A stretch of DNA of 64,000 bases, taken from Cyanophora paradoxa CCMP329 (Eukaryota; Plantae; Glaucophyta). This document shows positions 12,789-23,900 of this stretch, one piece after another. The DNA lies in assembly GCA_004431415.1 (NCBI GenBank), contig QPMI01000159.1, positions 84,327-148,326 of the forward strand, given 5' to 3'. A program made the position numbers and the translations under genes. Below the pieces are notes generated by a model that ran no database searches, was not told where the DNA came from, and worked only from the letters and a program-made list of their open reading frames with translations. Positions within the stretch are counted from its first letter, which is position 1. Every line of letters starts with the position of its first letter.

Positions 12789-14722
12789 ATGCAGCGCTTC
12801 TTGAAGTCCCGGCCAGTCCGAACGGTCTGGAGGCGCGCGGCGGCCCTCGTCCGGTTCACTCGCGGCGGCAAGCTCCTCGCCGGCTGTCTCGCCCTCGCGG
12901 CGATCGCGGCGGTGGCGTGGCTGGGCCTGTGGCTCCTCCGCCCCGAGCACCGGCACGGCGCGCAGGAGGCGTCCGCCGGCGCCCCGTCCGAGTTCGAACG
13001 GGCCGGCGAAGCCGACGGGCTGCCCCCGTCCCTCAACGCGACCGACGCGGCCGCCGCGAACGAGACGGAGCCTGTTGCGCTGCCTCCCGAGGAGCTCCCG
13101 CCCGACCCCTTTGAGGGTGCGCCGCGGCGCGGCGATGCGATGGCCCCGGCTCACGGGACGCAGCGTACCGGCCGGACCCGCCCTGGCCGCGGAGCAACGT
13201 GCAGCCGGCGGAGCTGCAGGCGGCGGGCGCGGCGCGCATCGTCGTCGGCGAGCGGGGCGCGGAGGGCGACCCGCTGCCGGCGCTCCTGCGGCGCGCCAAC
13301 ACCGCCGGCCTCCCCTGCCTCGCCGTCTCCGGTCCGCCGCGCCCCGCCGGGGAAGGGAAGCGCCGCTCACCCCCTCCCAGTGCCGACGACGAGCCGGGCG
13401 ACATCGTACCCGTCCGCGGAGGGTACGCCGCTCTTCACGGCGCTGCTGCCGAGCCTTCTGGAGACGGCGTTCGGGGGGGACCCCGCCCACCGCACCTTCC
13501 TCCTCCTCCTCCTCGGATTCGACGCCGGCGCGCCCGCCCCCGGCCCCGCCCCCTTCCATCCCTTGACCGGCCCGCAGGCGACCCGCTCTTCGACTCGGCG
13601 GCGGCGGTCTCGCGCATGGCTTCGGCGGCGCGGGACGCGATCGGGTCGCGGCCAGCGGCGGTGCAGGTGTACCGCCTGGAGGGCCTACCCCCCGGGCACG
13701 TCGCCGCCGCCCACAACGCCCTCCTCGCGCGGGGGTACGCCGCCGGCTGCCCCCTCCTCGCCCCCCTCGAGGACGACCTCCGCTTCCTCTCCCCGGGTAC
13801 GTTCTTCTCCCCGAGCATCCCGTACCCCCTGCGCCCCGTCCGACGGCTGTACCCCGGGCGCAGGCTGGCTCCCGGCGGCGGCGGCGGCCCTGCGGGAGAA
13901 CCCGATGCAGGGGGGGTACGGCGCCGTCGGGCTGAACGAGAGCCACACGGACGAGGTCGGCGAGGGCCGCTTCCACGTCGCCCTCGTACCCCGCTCGCAC
14001 TTCGAGGCGCTGGGGTACGCGTTCGACGCGAGCCTGCCGAACGCGGCGCACCGCGCGTTCCTCTCGCGCCTCTACGAGGCCTCGGCCTCCTCCTTCTTCC
14101 TCCCCGACGCCCCCGTCGAGGACCTCTCGCGGGGGCCGGCGCCGCCCCACCCCCGGCGCTACGCCCCCGTACCCGGCCTCGAGTGGGTAGAGGACGACGT
14201 CGTCGACTTTGCGGCCCGCCGGCTCGCCGCCTGGCTCGAGGAGCGCGGCGTACCCCCCTACGACATCGCCCCCGCCCAGGGCGACACCTGGCTCGACCGG
14301 GTGCGCCTCGGGCGCCTCGGTCGCCGCGCCGCCTGGGCCGGCGGCTCGGCTCACCGCCTCCCGCCCCGCAGCACGCGAGTCCGGAGCGGAGGCGGCGGCT
14401 GGAGGCGCAGCGGCGGGCGGAGGAGGAGAAGCGGCGGGGGGAGGAGGACAGGAGGAGGGCGGAGGAGGAGCGGCGGCGGCAGGAGGAGGAGGCGCGGGAG
14501 CACAAGAAGCTGGCGGACAGGGCGCGCGAGGAGGCCGCCGCCAAGCTCCTTGCCCGCGACGCCGAGGCCAAGGCCGAGGCCCAGCAGGAGCAGGAGAAGG
14601 CGGCCCACGACGGGGAGGCCGGGGCGCCCAAGCAGGAGGGCGCGGCTGCCCACGAGGCCGCCGCCTCCAAGGAGCAGCACCCCAGGAAGCACCGGCGCGC
14701 ACACCCGCCGCCCGGCTCCTAG
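12789..14722 (+). CDS. Type II membrane GT-A-fold glycosyltransferase-like protein with charged C-terminal tail (multi-exon)
   Basis: N-terminal TM (LLAGCLALAAIAAVAWLGLWLL); spliced core LLPSL..LGFDAGD..HNALLARGYAAGC..LEDDLRFLSPGW..YGAVG..HFEALG with EDD metal-binding-like motif. Confidence 0.6.
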
Positions 14723-14787
14723 CTTAGCCCGCTGCTCTCTAGGCCCGAGTTTCGTTCTTTGAAGCTCTCAATATTAATAGTAGGCAC

Positions 14788-17393
14788 TTAGTGATATTTA
14801 GTTAAGCGGTGCACACGACGAACATGCGGCGGCTGAGGGACTCCGGCGCGTCTGGCCGCTTCGTCACCAGGATCAGCTGCCGGCCAAAGCAAGCTCAGCA
14901 GGAGGAGACGGAAGAGGTACCCCCCCTTCGGCCGCCCGAATAGCGTACCCGGAATTCGGCGAGGTTTCGCTCGCTGTACTTTTCGAAGGCGTACTCGGCC
15001 CGGTCCAGGGGCGGGGGTACCGTCCCGTCCGCCGCTAGGGTACACGTATGAGACGTGGGGGGGGGGGGGGGGCGGGCAGGGGCGGGGGGCTACCGGGCGG
15101 GTCGGGGGGCGCGTCGAGGACGTGCCGCAGGAAGGCCTGCAGGTCGTCCAGGAGGGCTACCGAGAGGTCCAGGACCTGGGGGGTACACGTTCTCTTTCGG
15201 TGCGGGCGGAAAAAGGAGAGGGGCGGACCTTCTCAAGCAGTCCGGGGTACACGGCGTCGAATTTTGCGCGCAGGAATTCGACGTCGATCTGTTCGGTTGC
15301 CGAGTCGGGGGTGGGAGGAGAGGGGCGCGGGGGTACGGCGTGCTCGGACCGGGGCGTCGGCGGCGTCGATCACGACGGGCTTCCCGTACCGGAGACCTCC
15401 AAGCAGCGCGAGCCGCAGGGAGGGTACCTCAAGGTCCCTCGCCGAAGCCCACTGCGCGGGGGTACTTCAATCTCTCGGAGGGTACATGAAAGGAAGTAAT
15501 TCAAGGTGAGGGGGGTACGGCGCGCCCGCAGGTAGTTCGTGTCGCGGTACGAGAGGTAGCTCGCGCCCAGCCTGCAACGCGGTCGGAGAAAAGGGGGGGA
15601 GAGAGAGAACGGGGGGTACCCTGTGGGGTCGACGAGGAGGACGCAGCGCCCCGTGAAGCCGGCCTTGTCCAGCACGTCGGGGAGCCCCTTCATCCCCACC
15701 TGGAGGGGGGGAAATTAGGGGGGGGGAGAGGGGGGGGGTAGAGGTAGACCTCGACGACGAAGCGGTGCCGGCCGGGGGCGGAGGGCGCCTTCTCCTCCTC
15801 TTCGGTGTCGTACAGCAGCTCCTGGGTACACCGTTTTCGCAAGGTGGGAGAGCGCGATGCGGGGGGGGTACGTGCGGACCTGCAGGGCAGTGCGCCCGGC
15901 CTCGCCGGGGCCGCCCCCGCCCGCCTGCATCCTAAGGGGCGGCCCGCTGAGAGAACCGCGTACCCCTGCTCAAGAGCGCTTCGCGTACCCCTTCGCGGCG
16001 AGGGCGGCCTCCCGGGCGGCCCTCGCCCTCTGCACGTCCTCGGGCTGCGAAGGAAGGCAGGCGGGGGCGGGGGTGGGCGGGCGCCGGGCCAGGCGGGGCC
16101 CCTGGAAAGATGGCGCCGGCGGCGGGCGGGCGGGCGCGCCTTCCAGGCCTCCAGCGCCTCCTTTATCTCCTGCGTCGCCGCCACCTGCGCCGGTCCCTGC
16201 CGCGCGCCCGTGGGATGTCACTACTGCTGTACCCCCTGAACGAGTCATCCCCCCCGGACCTCGAGGGAGTCTGAGGAGGTAGAGGGGTCGGCGCCGGCGT
16301 CGAGGAGGAGCCGGACCGTCCCCGCCTTGCCCCCGAAGGCCGCCCGGAACAGCGGCGTCCGCCCCTGCCGCAGGAGGAGCGAAGTCGCGACGGACGGGCG
16401 GAAAGCGCCGCCGGGGGGTACGCGTGCTGCGCGCCTTCGAGTTCCTAGCGTCCACCTCCGCTGCGGTCTCCTCGAGGAGGTACCGGACGACCTCGTCCGC
16501 CCCCGCGCTGGGGGTACGGCGTTGCGGACGGGGGGGGGGGGGGGGGGTACGGCGCCGGCGGACCAGGCGGCCTCGGAGAGGGGCGAGTTCCCCTCGTGGT
16601 CCCGACACTCCACGCGTACCCCCCGCTCGATGCCGGCGCGCACCTGGCGGGGGCTCATTAAGGGGGGGGAGGAAGCTAGAGGGGTAGCGGGCCTTCTCGA
16701 GCTCGTCGTCGAAGCAGGCGGCGAGGAGCGTCTTCTCGGCGCGGCTCCGGTCCTCCCGCCGCTTCTTTTTCCTCTCCACCTGCTCCTCGCTCGCGCCGGC
16801 GGCCGGCGGCGGGCGCGCGCGGGCGCGGGCGCGCGCCTTCTCTCGGATGCGGGCCTCCTCGGCCTGGATGCGCGCCGCCAGCTCCGCCCGCTCCGCCTCC
16901 AGCTGCGGCCGCACGCGCCCGCGCGTGAGCGGCCGCACGACGGCGTCTGTCCGCGCGGCGCTGGACCGGAGCCGGGTCGGACCCGCTGCTCCTCCTCTGC
17001 CTCCAGGCGCTGCCGCTCTTCTTCCGACATCAGAAGCGACGCGGTGGGCACTCCCGCGAGCGCCACGGCTCCCCCAGGCGCTGCCGCCTTCCCTTTCGCG
17101 GCGCCCTTGCCATGCTTTGCGCCCTTCGCCGGCGCCGACGCCGCTGGCTTGGTCGGGGACGCCGCGGCCGGCCTGCATACGCGCGAAGCGATCGGTCATC
17201 GATCAAGCACGTACAAGTGCGCTGCTTACTTTTTAGCTGCAGCACTGGACCCGGAGCTCGCTGCTGCGGGTTTCGAGGCTGGCTTCGCGGCGGGGGGCGC
17301 GGCAGGTCTCGCTGCTGCGGGCTTAGCGACTGCAGCAGCTGGCTTAGCCGCTGCGGGCTTCGGCGCAGCAGCGGGCGCTGCCTTCGGCGGCAT
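14788..17393 (-). CDS. Ankyrin-repeat coiled-coil protein, IQANK1-like (multi-exon)
   Basis: MPPK + PA/K-rich N-term, coiled coil, ankyrin repeats (GNSPLSEAA, GRTPLFRAAFGG..LLLDAGADP), C-terminal LLVDPTG..SYLSYRDTNYL. Confidence 0.7.
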
Positions 17394-17447
17394 TGCACAG
17401 TGAAGTGTAGTGTACCCCTTTGCAGAAGGGGGGCTTAGGCGGCGGCC

Positions 17448-18699
17448 ATGCCCAGCGCTCTCGTTCGGGCCGCGGCCGCCGCGAAGAGGGCGCCCCGAGT
17501 GCTTCAGAATGCCGTAGCGGCGTCGGACGTGCGACACGCCGCCGCGTTCGCACCCTCGAGGCCCGCACGCGCCCAGGACCCGGTCGCGGCCGCCTACTCC
17601 GAGAAGGAGCTCAACGAGCGTGCGCCTCTTGCGTGCTGCCCGCGCGCCGCTTGGCCGTGACGTTGCCGCGGCCCGTGTGCAGGCATTCTTGCGGACGATG
17701 GCTCGACGGCAGGGCGCGCTCCGAGCGGTGCAGTCGGCGATGGCGCTTCGGGCGGCGCGGCCGGATCGTCGTCGCATGGCGCGGCGCAGGAAGGCCCGGA
17801 GCGGCCGTCGCACCGGTGGGCGCCGCTCTTCAACCGCACGCCGGAGCGCGAGATGCTGGAGCGCATGATCCGCATCGACCACGCCGGCGAGTACGGGGCC
17901 GTGAGGATCTACGAGGGCCAGCTCGCCGTCCTGGGGAAGAGCAGCGCGGGCGACCTCATCAGGGCGCGCGCGCCGGTCGGCCGCGGCCGCGCGCGCCGGG
18001 CTGACGCGGGCGCAGGAGATGCAGGAGCACGAGAAGCGGCACCTGGAGGCCTTCAACGAGACGATCCGCGAGTACCGCGTCCGCCCGACGGCGCTCCTCC
18101 CCGTCTGGCACGTCGCCGGCTACGCCCTCGGTCCGCCCCGCCTGCCCCTCCCGGCCCCCGCCCTTCCCCCTGGAACGGCGCGCAGGCATGGGCACGGCGC
18201 TGCTGGGCAAGGAGGCCGCGATGGCCTGCACGGTCGCCGTGGAGGAGGTCATCTCCGAGCACTACAACGACCAGGTCTCGAATCCCGGCGGGCCCCATTT
18301 CCCGTCCGGGTTCAAGAGTACCCCCGGCAGGTCCGGACCCTCACGACGAACTCGGCCTTCAGGGAGGACGAGGCCCTCAAGACGGTCCGCGTTTCCCGTA
18401 CCCCCAGCCCCCTCCCCTAGCTTAGTGCTAGCTATAGCTACCACGCGCATCCCTGACCTCCAATCTCCGTACCCCCAGATGTTCCGCGAGTTTCGGGACG
18501 ACGAGGAGATGCACAGAGAGATCGGGGTACGGGAGGACGCCGAGCGGGCCCCCCTGTATGGCCCCCTCACGCAGGTTCGAGTCCGGCCCGCCCCCTTTCA
18601 GATTCGCCCCCTGCCCATGGCCAGCGAGGTCCTGATCACGGCCAGCAGGTGATCAAGGCGGGCTGTCGGGCGGCGATTTGGATCTCCTCCCGCGTATAG
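17448..18699 (+). CDS. COQ7: 5-demethoxyubiquinone hydroxylase (multi-exon)
   Basis: RIDHAGEYGAVRIYEGQ, EHEKRH, RPTALLPVW, AMACTVAVEEVISEHYNDQ, FRDDEEMH, IKAGCRAAIWIS; mitochondrial-like presequence. Confidence 0.95.
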
Positions 18700-19892
18700 A
18701 GCACGGGATCCTGCTATCAGCTGCCAGGCTGGTGCATCTTTCCAAGTCTCAGCTTTACATGTACAGATCGAAAAAGCTTCATGCCACGCGCACGATATCG
18801 GTGATTGTGATCAACATCAGATCCAGACGTGTATATATGCATATGCATCGTCATGGCTGATACCGATCGAAGTTTGCATAGATATGCATTTGTGCGCGCT
18901 ACGTATACTATAGCTTGGCTAGAATTAGCGGTCGAGCCCTGGGAACGTCTAAATCTGCTCGCTATATATAGCTCGAGCTCTAGCTATAGCTTTAGCCTAG
19001 TAGGGGCCTATCTAACGCCCTGGGGGTCTATATCTATATAGCTATATATATATATATAGCTATAGCTAGAGTCTAAATCTGCTCGAAGCCAGAGCGAACG
19101 TACGCGTCGATCTCACTGCATGCAGCACTAGTACTGTTGGCCATGATGAGGCAGCCGCTGCAGCTGAGCCCGATCTCACCCTGCTGATCTCACGCGGCCC
19201 GTTGGGCCAGCATTGCCGGCGAATTTGCAGCAGCAGCGCCCCTAAACCTGCATGCAAGGGCAGCAGGGCCCAATGCGCGGCCCATATGCATTGAGGCAGC
19301 CTTGCGCATGCGCATGCCGCAGCTATGCGATGGCTTGAACAGTGAAAGCGCTATATAGGCTAAGATGATATAGCTAGCCCGTGCACCGAGTCAGCTTGCC
19401 AAGTTAAACGTTACCGTACGTCACACACTAGTACGTTAACGTTGGACACTAGTACTGTGACAGTTACTTGGATTAGTACGTATATAATAGTACCGTAGTA
19501 CGTACTACGTATATACGTTGTACGTACTAGTACGGTACTACTGGCAGACTGTGGCAGTGTACTGCGGCAAGTCGCCGACTCGCCGGCGCCGGCAACTTGA
19601 GCCGCAAGTTCCCGCCACTTGAGCGCTCATGTGCATATGCATGCTACCACGTACCCGGATATCGATCGGATCGGAGATTCGGAGATTCCTATCAAGCTCG
19701 AAAGTCCGATCCGAGTCGACATCCGATGATAATCCGATCCGATGATTCCGACTCGGCGATCTAGATCTAGATTCTACTACTATCATTCTAGACTCCGATC
19801 GGCGATCGCGATTCGCGAGTCGAATGCATGCATATGAGCTCTTACGCGTGTGGCGAATTACTGCCGATCGAATCATGATCACCATGGCACAC

Positions 19893-20098
19893 TAGTACTA
19901 CCGCATAACAGAATATTGGTACCGGTGCGCATAATATTAATGCGCCCCCAATTTAATGCGTTTTCTGCCGTCAAAACGCATTAATTTGGGGGCGCATTAA
20001 TATTGAAGCGCTAAGAAACTGCGGTCTGTACCCCCCACATGCAGCCAAAAACGCATTAATATTGAGCGCATAAATATTGTGTTATGCGGTAGTACTAC
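19893..20098. mobile_element. MITE-like element with perfect 18-bp terminal inverted repeat and internal 32-bp hairpin
   Basis: TAGTACTACCGCATAACA ... TGTTATGCGGTAGTACTA; internal inverted repeat 19933-20004 (1 mismatch); absent from the duplicated segment at ~30.8 kb. Confidence 0.7.
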
Positions 20099-20215
20099 CT
20101 GGCAGCAGGCTGACACAGTGCATCGATACTACTACTATTCTACTAGTATTAGTTGATATAGTTGTAGCTAGTAGCTACTAGCTACTAGATATAGGGTAGT
20201 ATAGGCTAGTACTAG

Positions 20216-20449
20216 TACTGTAGAACTGGTTAATTTAGTACAGGAAAATAATTAGTACTTCGCCAAAACTGCCACTTTAGCGGCTGGTAAAACTTTAGTA
20301 GGTCAGTCTTCGCAGGGCGTTTGTATGGCGGAGGCGGGGCTACCCCTACAAATTCTCGGCTTTAGCAGGCGAGAAATATTTAGTAGATCGCCCAAAAACT
20401 TTTAGTACTATAAATATGCAGCCCACTAAATATTTCTAGCTCTCCAGTA
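20216..20449. mobile_element. Possible second MITE with imperfect TIRs
   Basis: TACTGTAGAACTGG..TTTAGT vs reverse complement of the end TACTGGAGAGCTAG..TTTAGT; repeated TTTAGTA; AT-rich; absent from paralogous segment. Confidence 0.4.
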
Positions 20450-20984
20450 GTAGCTATTTAGCCTTGCTAGGCTTGATCGCCGATCGCGCGATCATCGGAT
20501 CGGGCCTGCCAGGAGCCCATGCGTGCAGCGTCAAACGTTAGCGCGGGGGGTACATCACCGTACGTGCCGTGCATGCCGTAGCTTAGGCTGGTACCTCACC
20601 GTACGGTCCGTATACGTACCTCGCCTTCGAGAATCGCCGCAGCGCCCTAGGCCTGCATGCGAGCGTGGTAGCTAGCCGCACACAAGAAGCTCAAGGACAC
20701 AAGCACGAACGGTGCGTCGTCCTATATAGCTACGGTCGATTTCGCGTCCTGAAGGCTTGAATTTAGCCATATATGTACGCGTATGCTTGTGCGCATGCAC
20801 GGTTCCGAACGCAACTAAGCGGCGCGCGTCCGACGGTCGGCCGTACGCGTCGAAGTTCGGACCGAGCTAGCTAGCCATAGAGCGCGCGCTGGGGTCGAGC
20901 TCGAGCTCGCCGAGCTCGAGTGTACGAGGCGCGGTCCACTCAAGCTCCCTCGCTGCGGCGCAGGCTCAATCCTGACCAGGAGCA

Positions 20985-23900
20985 ATGGCGACGACGATCT
21001 ACAGCCCTTCTGGCTTCCACCGATGGAACACGTCTCTGATCAGCGGTGCCGGCGGATGGGAGCTTCGGCCGAAGTCCGAGCTCCCTCCTCTACCCGTTTC
21101 GCCGGGGACGCTTTACGGCGAATCGAACAACGGATGGATGTGGAACGGGGCCATGTGGACTGTGCCGTACCCGCCGCCTACGTCGCCCACCGCCGACGAG
21201 CTCCAGGTCCGATTTGACTTGCTCAGGATTATTTTGAATTCATGATTTCTGCTATTAATATATATTGCCGATCATTTCTAGATCTAAGTAAAACTTCAGA
21301 TCTAGAAGCTTCATGCTAAATGACTTCTTTTAATACGAATACATTCTTACTTTAGCACGCTCGCACGTGCAGCGGTGGCTGAGTCCGACTACAACGAACT
21401 TCACGAAGTTGATTTCGACGGACTCCACGATTACGACGGACGCTAACACAGCTTCGAATTCCGATCTGACGAACACCACGACGTCGACGACGACTCAGGA
21501 TCCGGATCCGACGGACACCACTGTCACGCAGCCCTGCGATGAACTCAACGCGTCGCCCGGCATCAAGATCGAGGCCGTGCGTCGCGCGTACGCGTATCGC
21601 CCTAAAGAATACATATGATAGCTATAGTGTATAGACATATTGATGAGCTTCACCAAGCCTCAGAGTTAACGTTCCGCCGGCGCTGCGCGCGTTTGACGTC
21701 GACGTCTCATGCATATGATCAACGCCGGTGCCGCAGGGAGCATACGAGCTCCCTTTCACGGAGGTGGGCTCTATCCGCGTCGACTCCGCGGTCTACAACG
21801 GCACCGGCCCGTACACGGCGCCCGGGACCAAGACCCAGCAATACACGTGAGCCCAATACAATCATGATCATGATCGCAATTATAAAGATCATAAATCCAA
21901 ACGCCACGAAATCGAAATAATATTCAATGCTCGTGGCCAGCTATACCGATCCGTACAAGCAGACGAAGACTTTCGATGCTACAGACAGCTACACCGAAAC
22001 TGGTTCGAATGTTTATTATTGCATCGAATTATACATATCGTGGCTAGCGCTCAATTTGAATTCGGACTTGCACCTTACGTGTGCTGTTTTTCAACAGGCA
22101 AATACGTGATCCGCCAGCACGTTACGCCCACTGACATCTTCTATGGCAAGGAGGTCCCGATCAGGTGCGCTTCGTATTGCTGCGCATGCAGCAGCTCGAG
22201 CTCGCCGCGAGCTCGAGCATCCTGACCGGAGCTTTGAATTTAATTCGGATGTGCGCAGCTCCAGCGCGCACACGCCCACCCCGGCGGAGGACAAGATCAC
22301 GTGGACCCGCGACGAGAAGACCGAGTCCTTCAGCGGCACCTCCTCGAGCCAGACCCCGAAAGCCCCCTCGTCCCCCGAGCGGCTCCCCGCCCCGGGCGCC
22401 CCCGGCGAGTGGACCCAGGAGGGTCTCTCGATCACGACCACGAAGAACGAGGTCATTACGTATGCGACTGCGCAGCAGGCCTGCTCCGGCACCGGCCCTT
22501 GGTGCATGCTTTCGCTGATGATCACGATGAGAACTCGGAAATAATTATAAAATCACGATGAACGCATTTCCTATTCTAGATCCCCCGTTACCTTGCAAAT
22601 GCATTCTCGCAAGACGCTCACTCTACAACCTGTTTGCAGCTTCCAGGCGAATCTGTACTCGCTCTCGGTCGAGCAGGCGAAGCCGCTGACCGACCTCTCG
22701 ACCTTCACCGACGAAACGGTCAAGGCCACATTGGAGTCGATGCTCCTCAGCGCCCACGGCCTCAACGAGGTGCGTGAGGCGGGACAAAGTTTAGATCAAT
22801 TTAGAGCTGATGGGCGCCAACCTGTCATTTGCTGAGGTGGGGGCTCCGGCGATATCAATGCCCTTGCGTGCAGATTTCCGATCCCGAGGCAGTCACGAAA
22901 GTTGTCCTGTCGGGCACGCCGCTTGCGAAGGTGCGCTACAATTCGCAACTTCCAAAGTGAAGATGGCCATGGGTCGAGCGTGCGCTCACACTGTGTCGCC
23001 GTCGCCTGCAATTGCTCAGGACGTGCAAACGATCCCCTACACGCTCACCTACGACGTGAACACGCACAAGGACTTCCAGCGCACGGTCGAGGAGAAGGGC
23101 ACTTTCACTAAGACCGAGGTGCGGCAATACGTTATGCATAGCGAACGCTGGACGCGCGTTCGCTGCCGCCGCTACCCGTGTGCGGAATTCACCCTGCGCG
23201 GGGGCAGACGGGCACGATCAGCGGCGTCGGTCCCTACACGTTCCTCGACGGCGGCTTCGACATCGGCGATTACGCCAAACCCGGTGCGTGCCCTGAAGCG
23301 AATTGCATTTATAGTTATATTATATTTATTAGCATCCTTGTCTTATTTTCAACGTCGGATAATGTCGATTGACCTTTCCTCGTGCAGGGCTCGAGGTGAA
23401 TCTGGCGCCGGCTCTGACGCTCTCATAAATACCTGTACCAGTTACTCGAGAAACCTGTAATGCGCTTACAGCTGCCTATTTGCGCAGGTCGGTCGGTACG
23501 AGGTGCACGCGCGCGAGGACCGAGAGAGCACCACCAAGACCGCGCACTCCGAGGTGGAGAACATCAATCCCAACCAGGTCAGCTAGCGCGTGATTTCATA
23601 CCCGGTCCGGGCTCTTCTTTCGACCTGATGCTATTTCGAATTCGCGCGCCGCGTGCACAGACGCTTCTGCCTGGCGGGACCGAGCTTCCTAGCGGCTCCG
23701 CCAGCCTGACGCCCACTGCCAAAATCAGCGGCACGCGGGTGCGCATGCATATGTGCGCGGCCCCTCGAGCCTCGCGCATCTTAGATTCATGTCTACTTTC
23801 GCTCGCATCGTCTCGCGCATCGTAGACGCGTGCCAACTTTGCCTCGTATATGCATCGTCTGAACGCTCCTTTTCAACCGCAGGATCCGGCTTCGGAGACG

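Noticed and set aside
2910-18652. Long Arg/Pro/Gly-rich ORFs (e.g. 12726-14702, 5767-6702)
   Set aside because: Shadow ORFs from high GC, antisense or off-frame to the spliced genes
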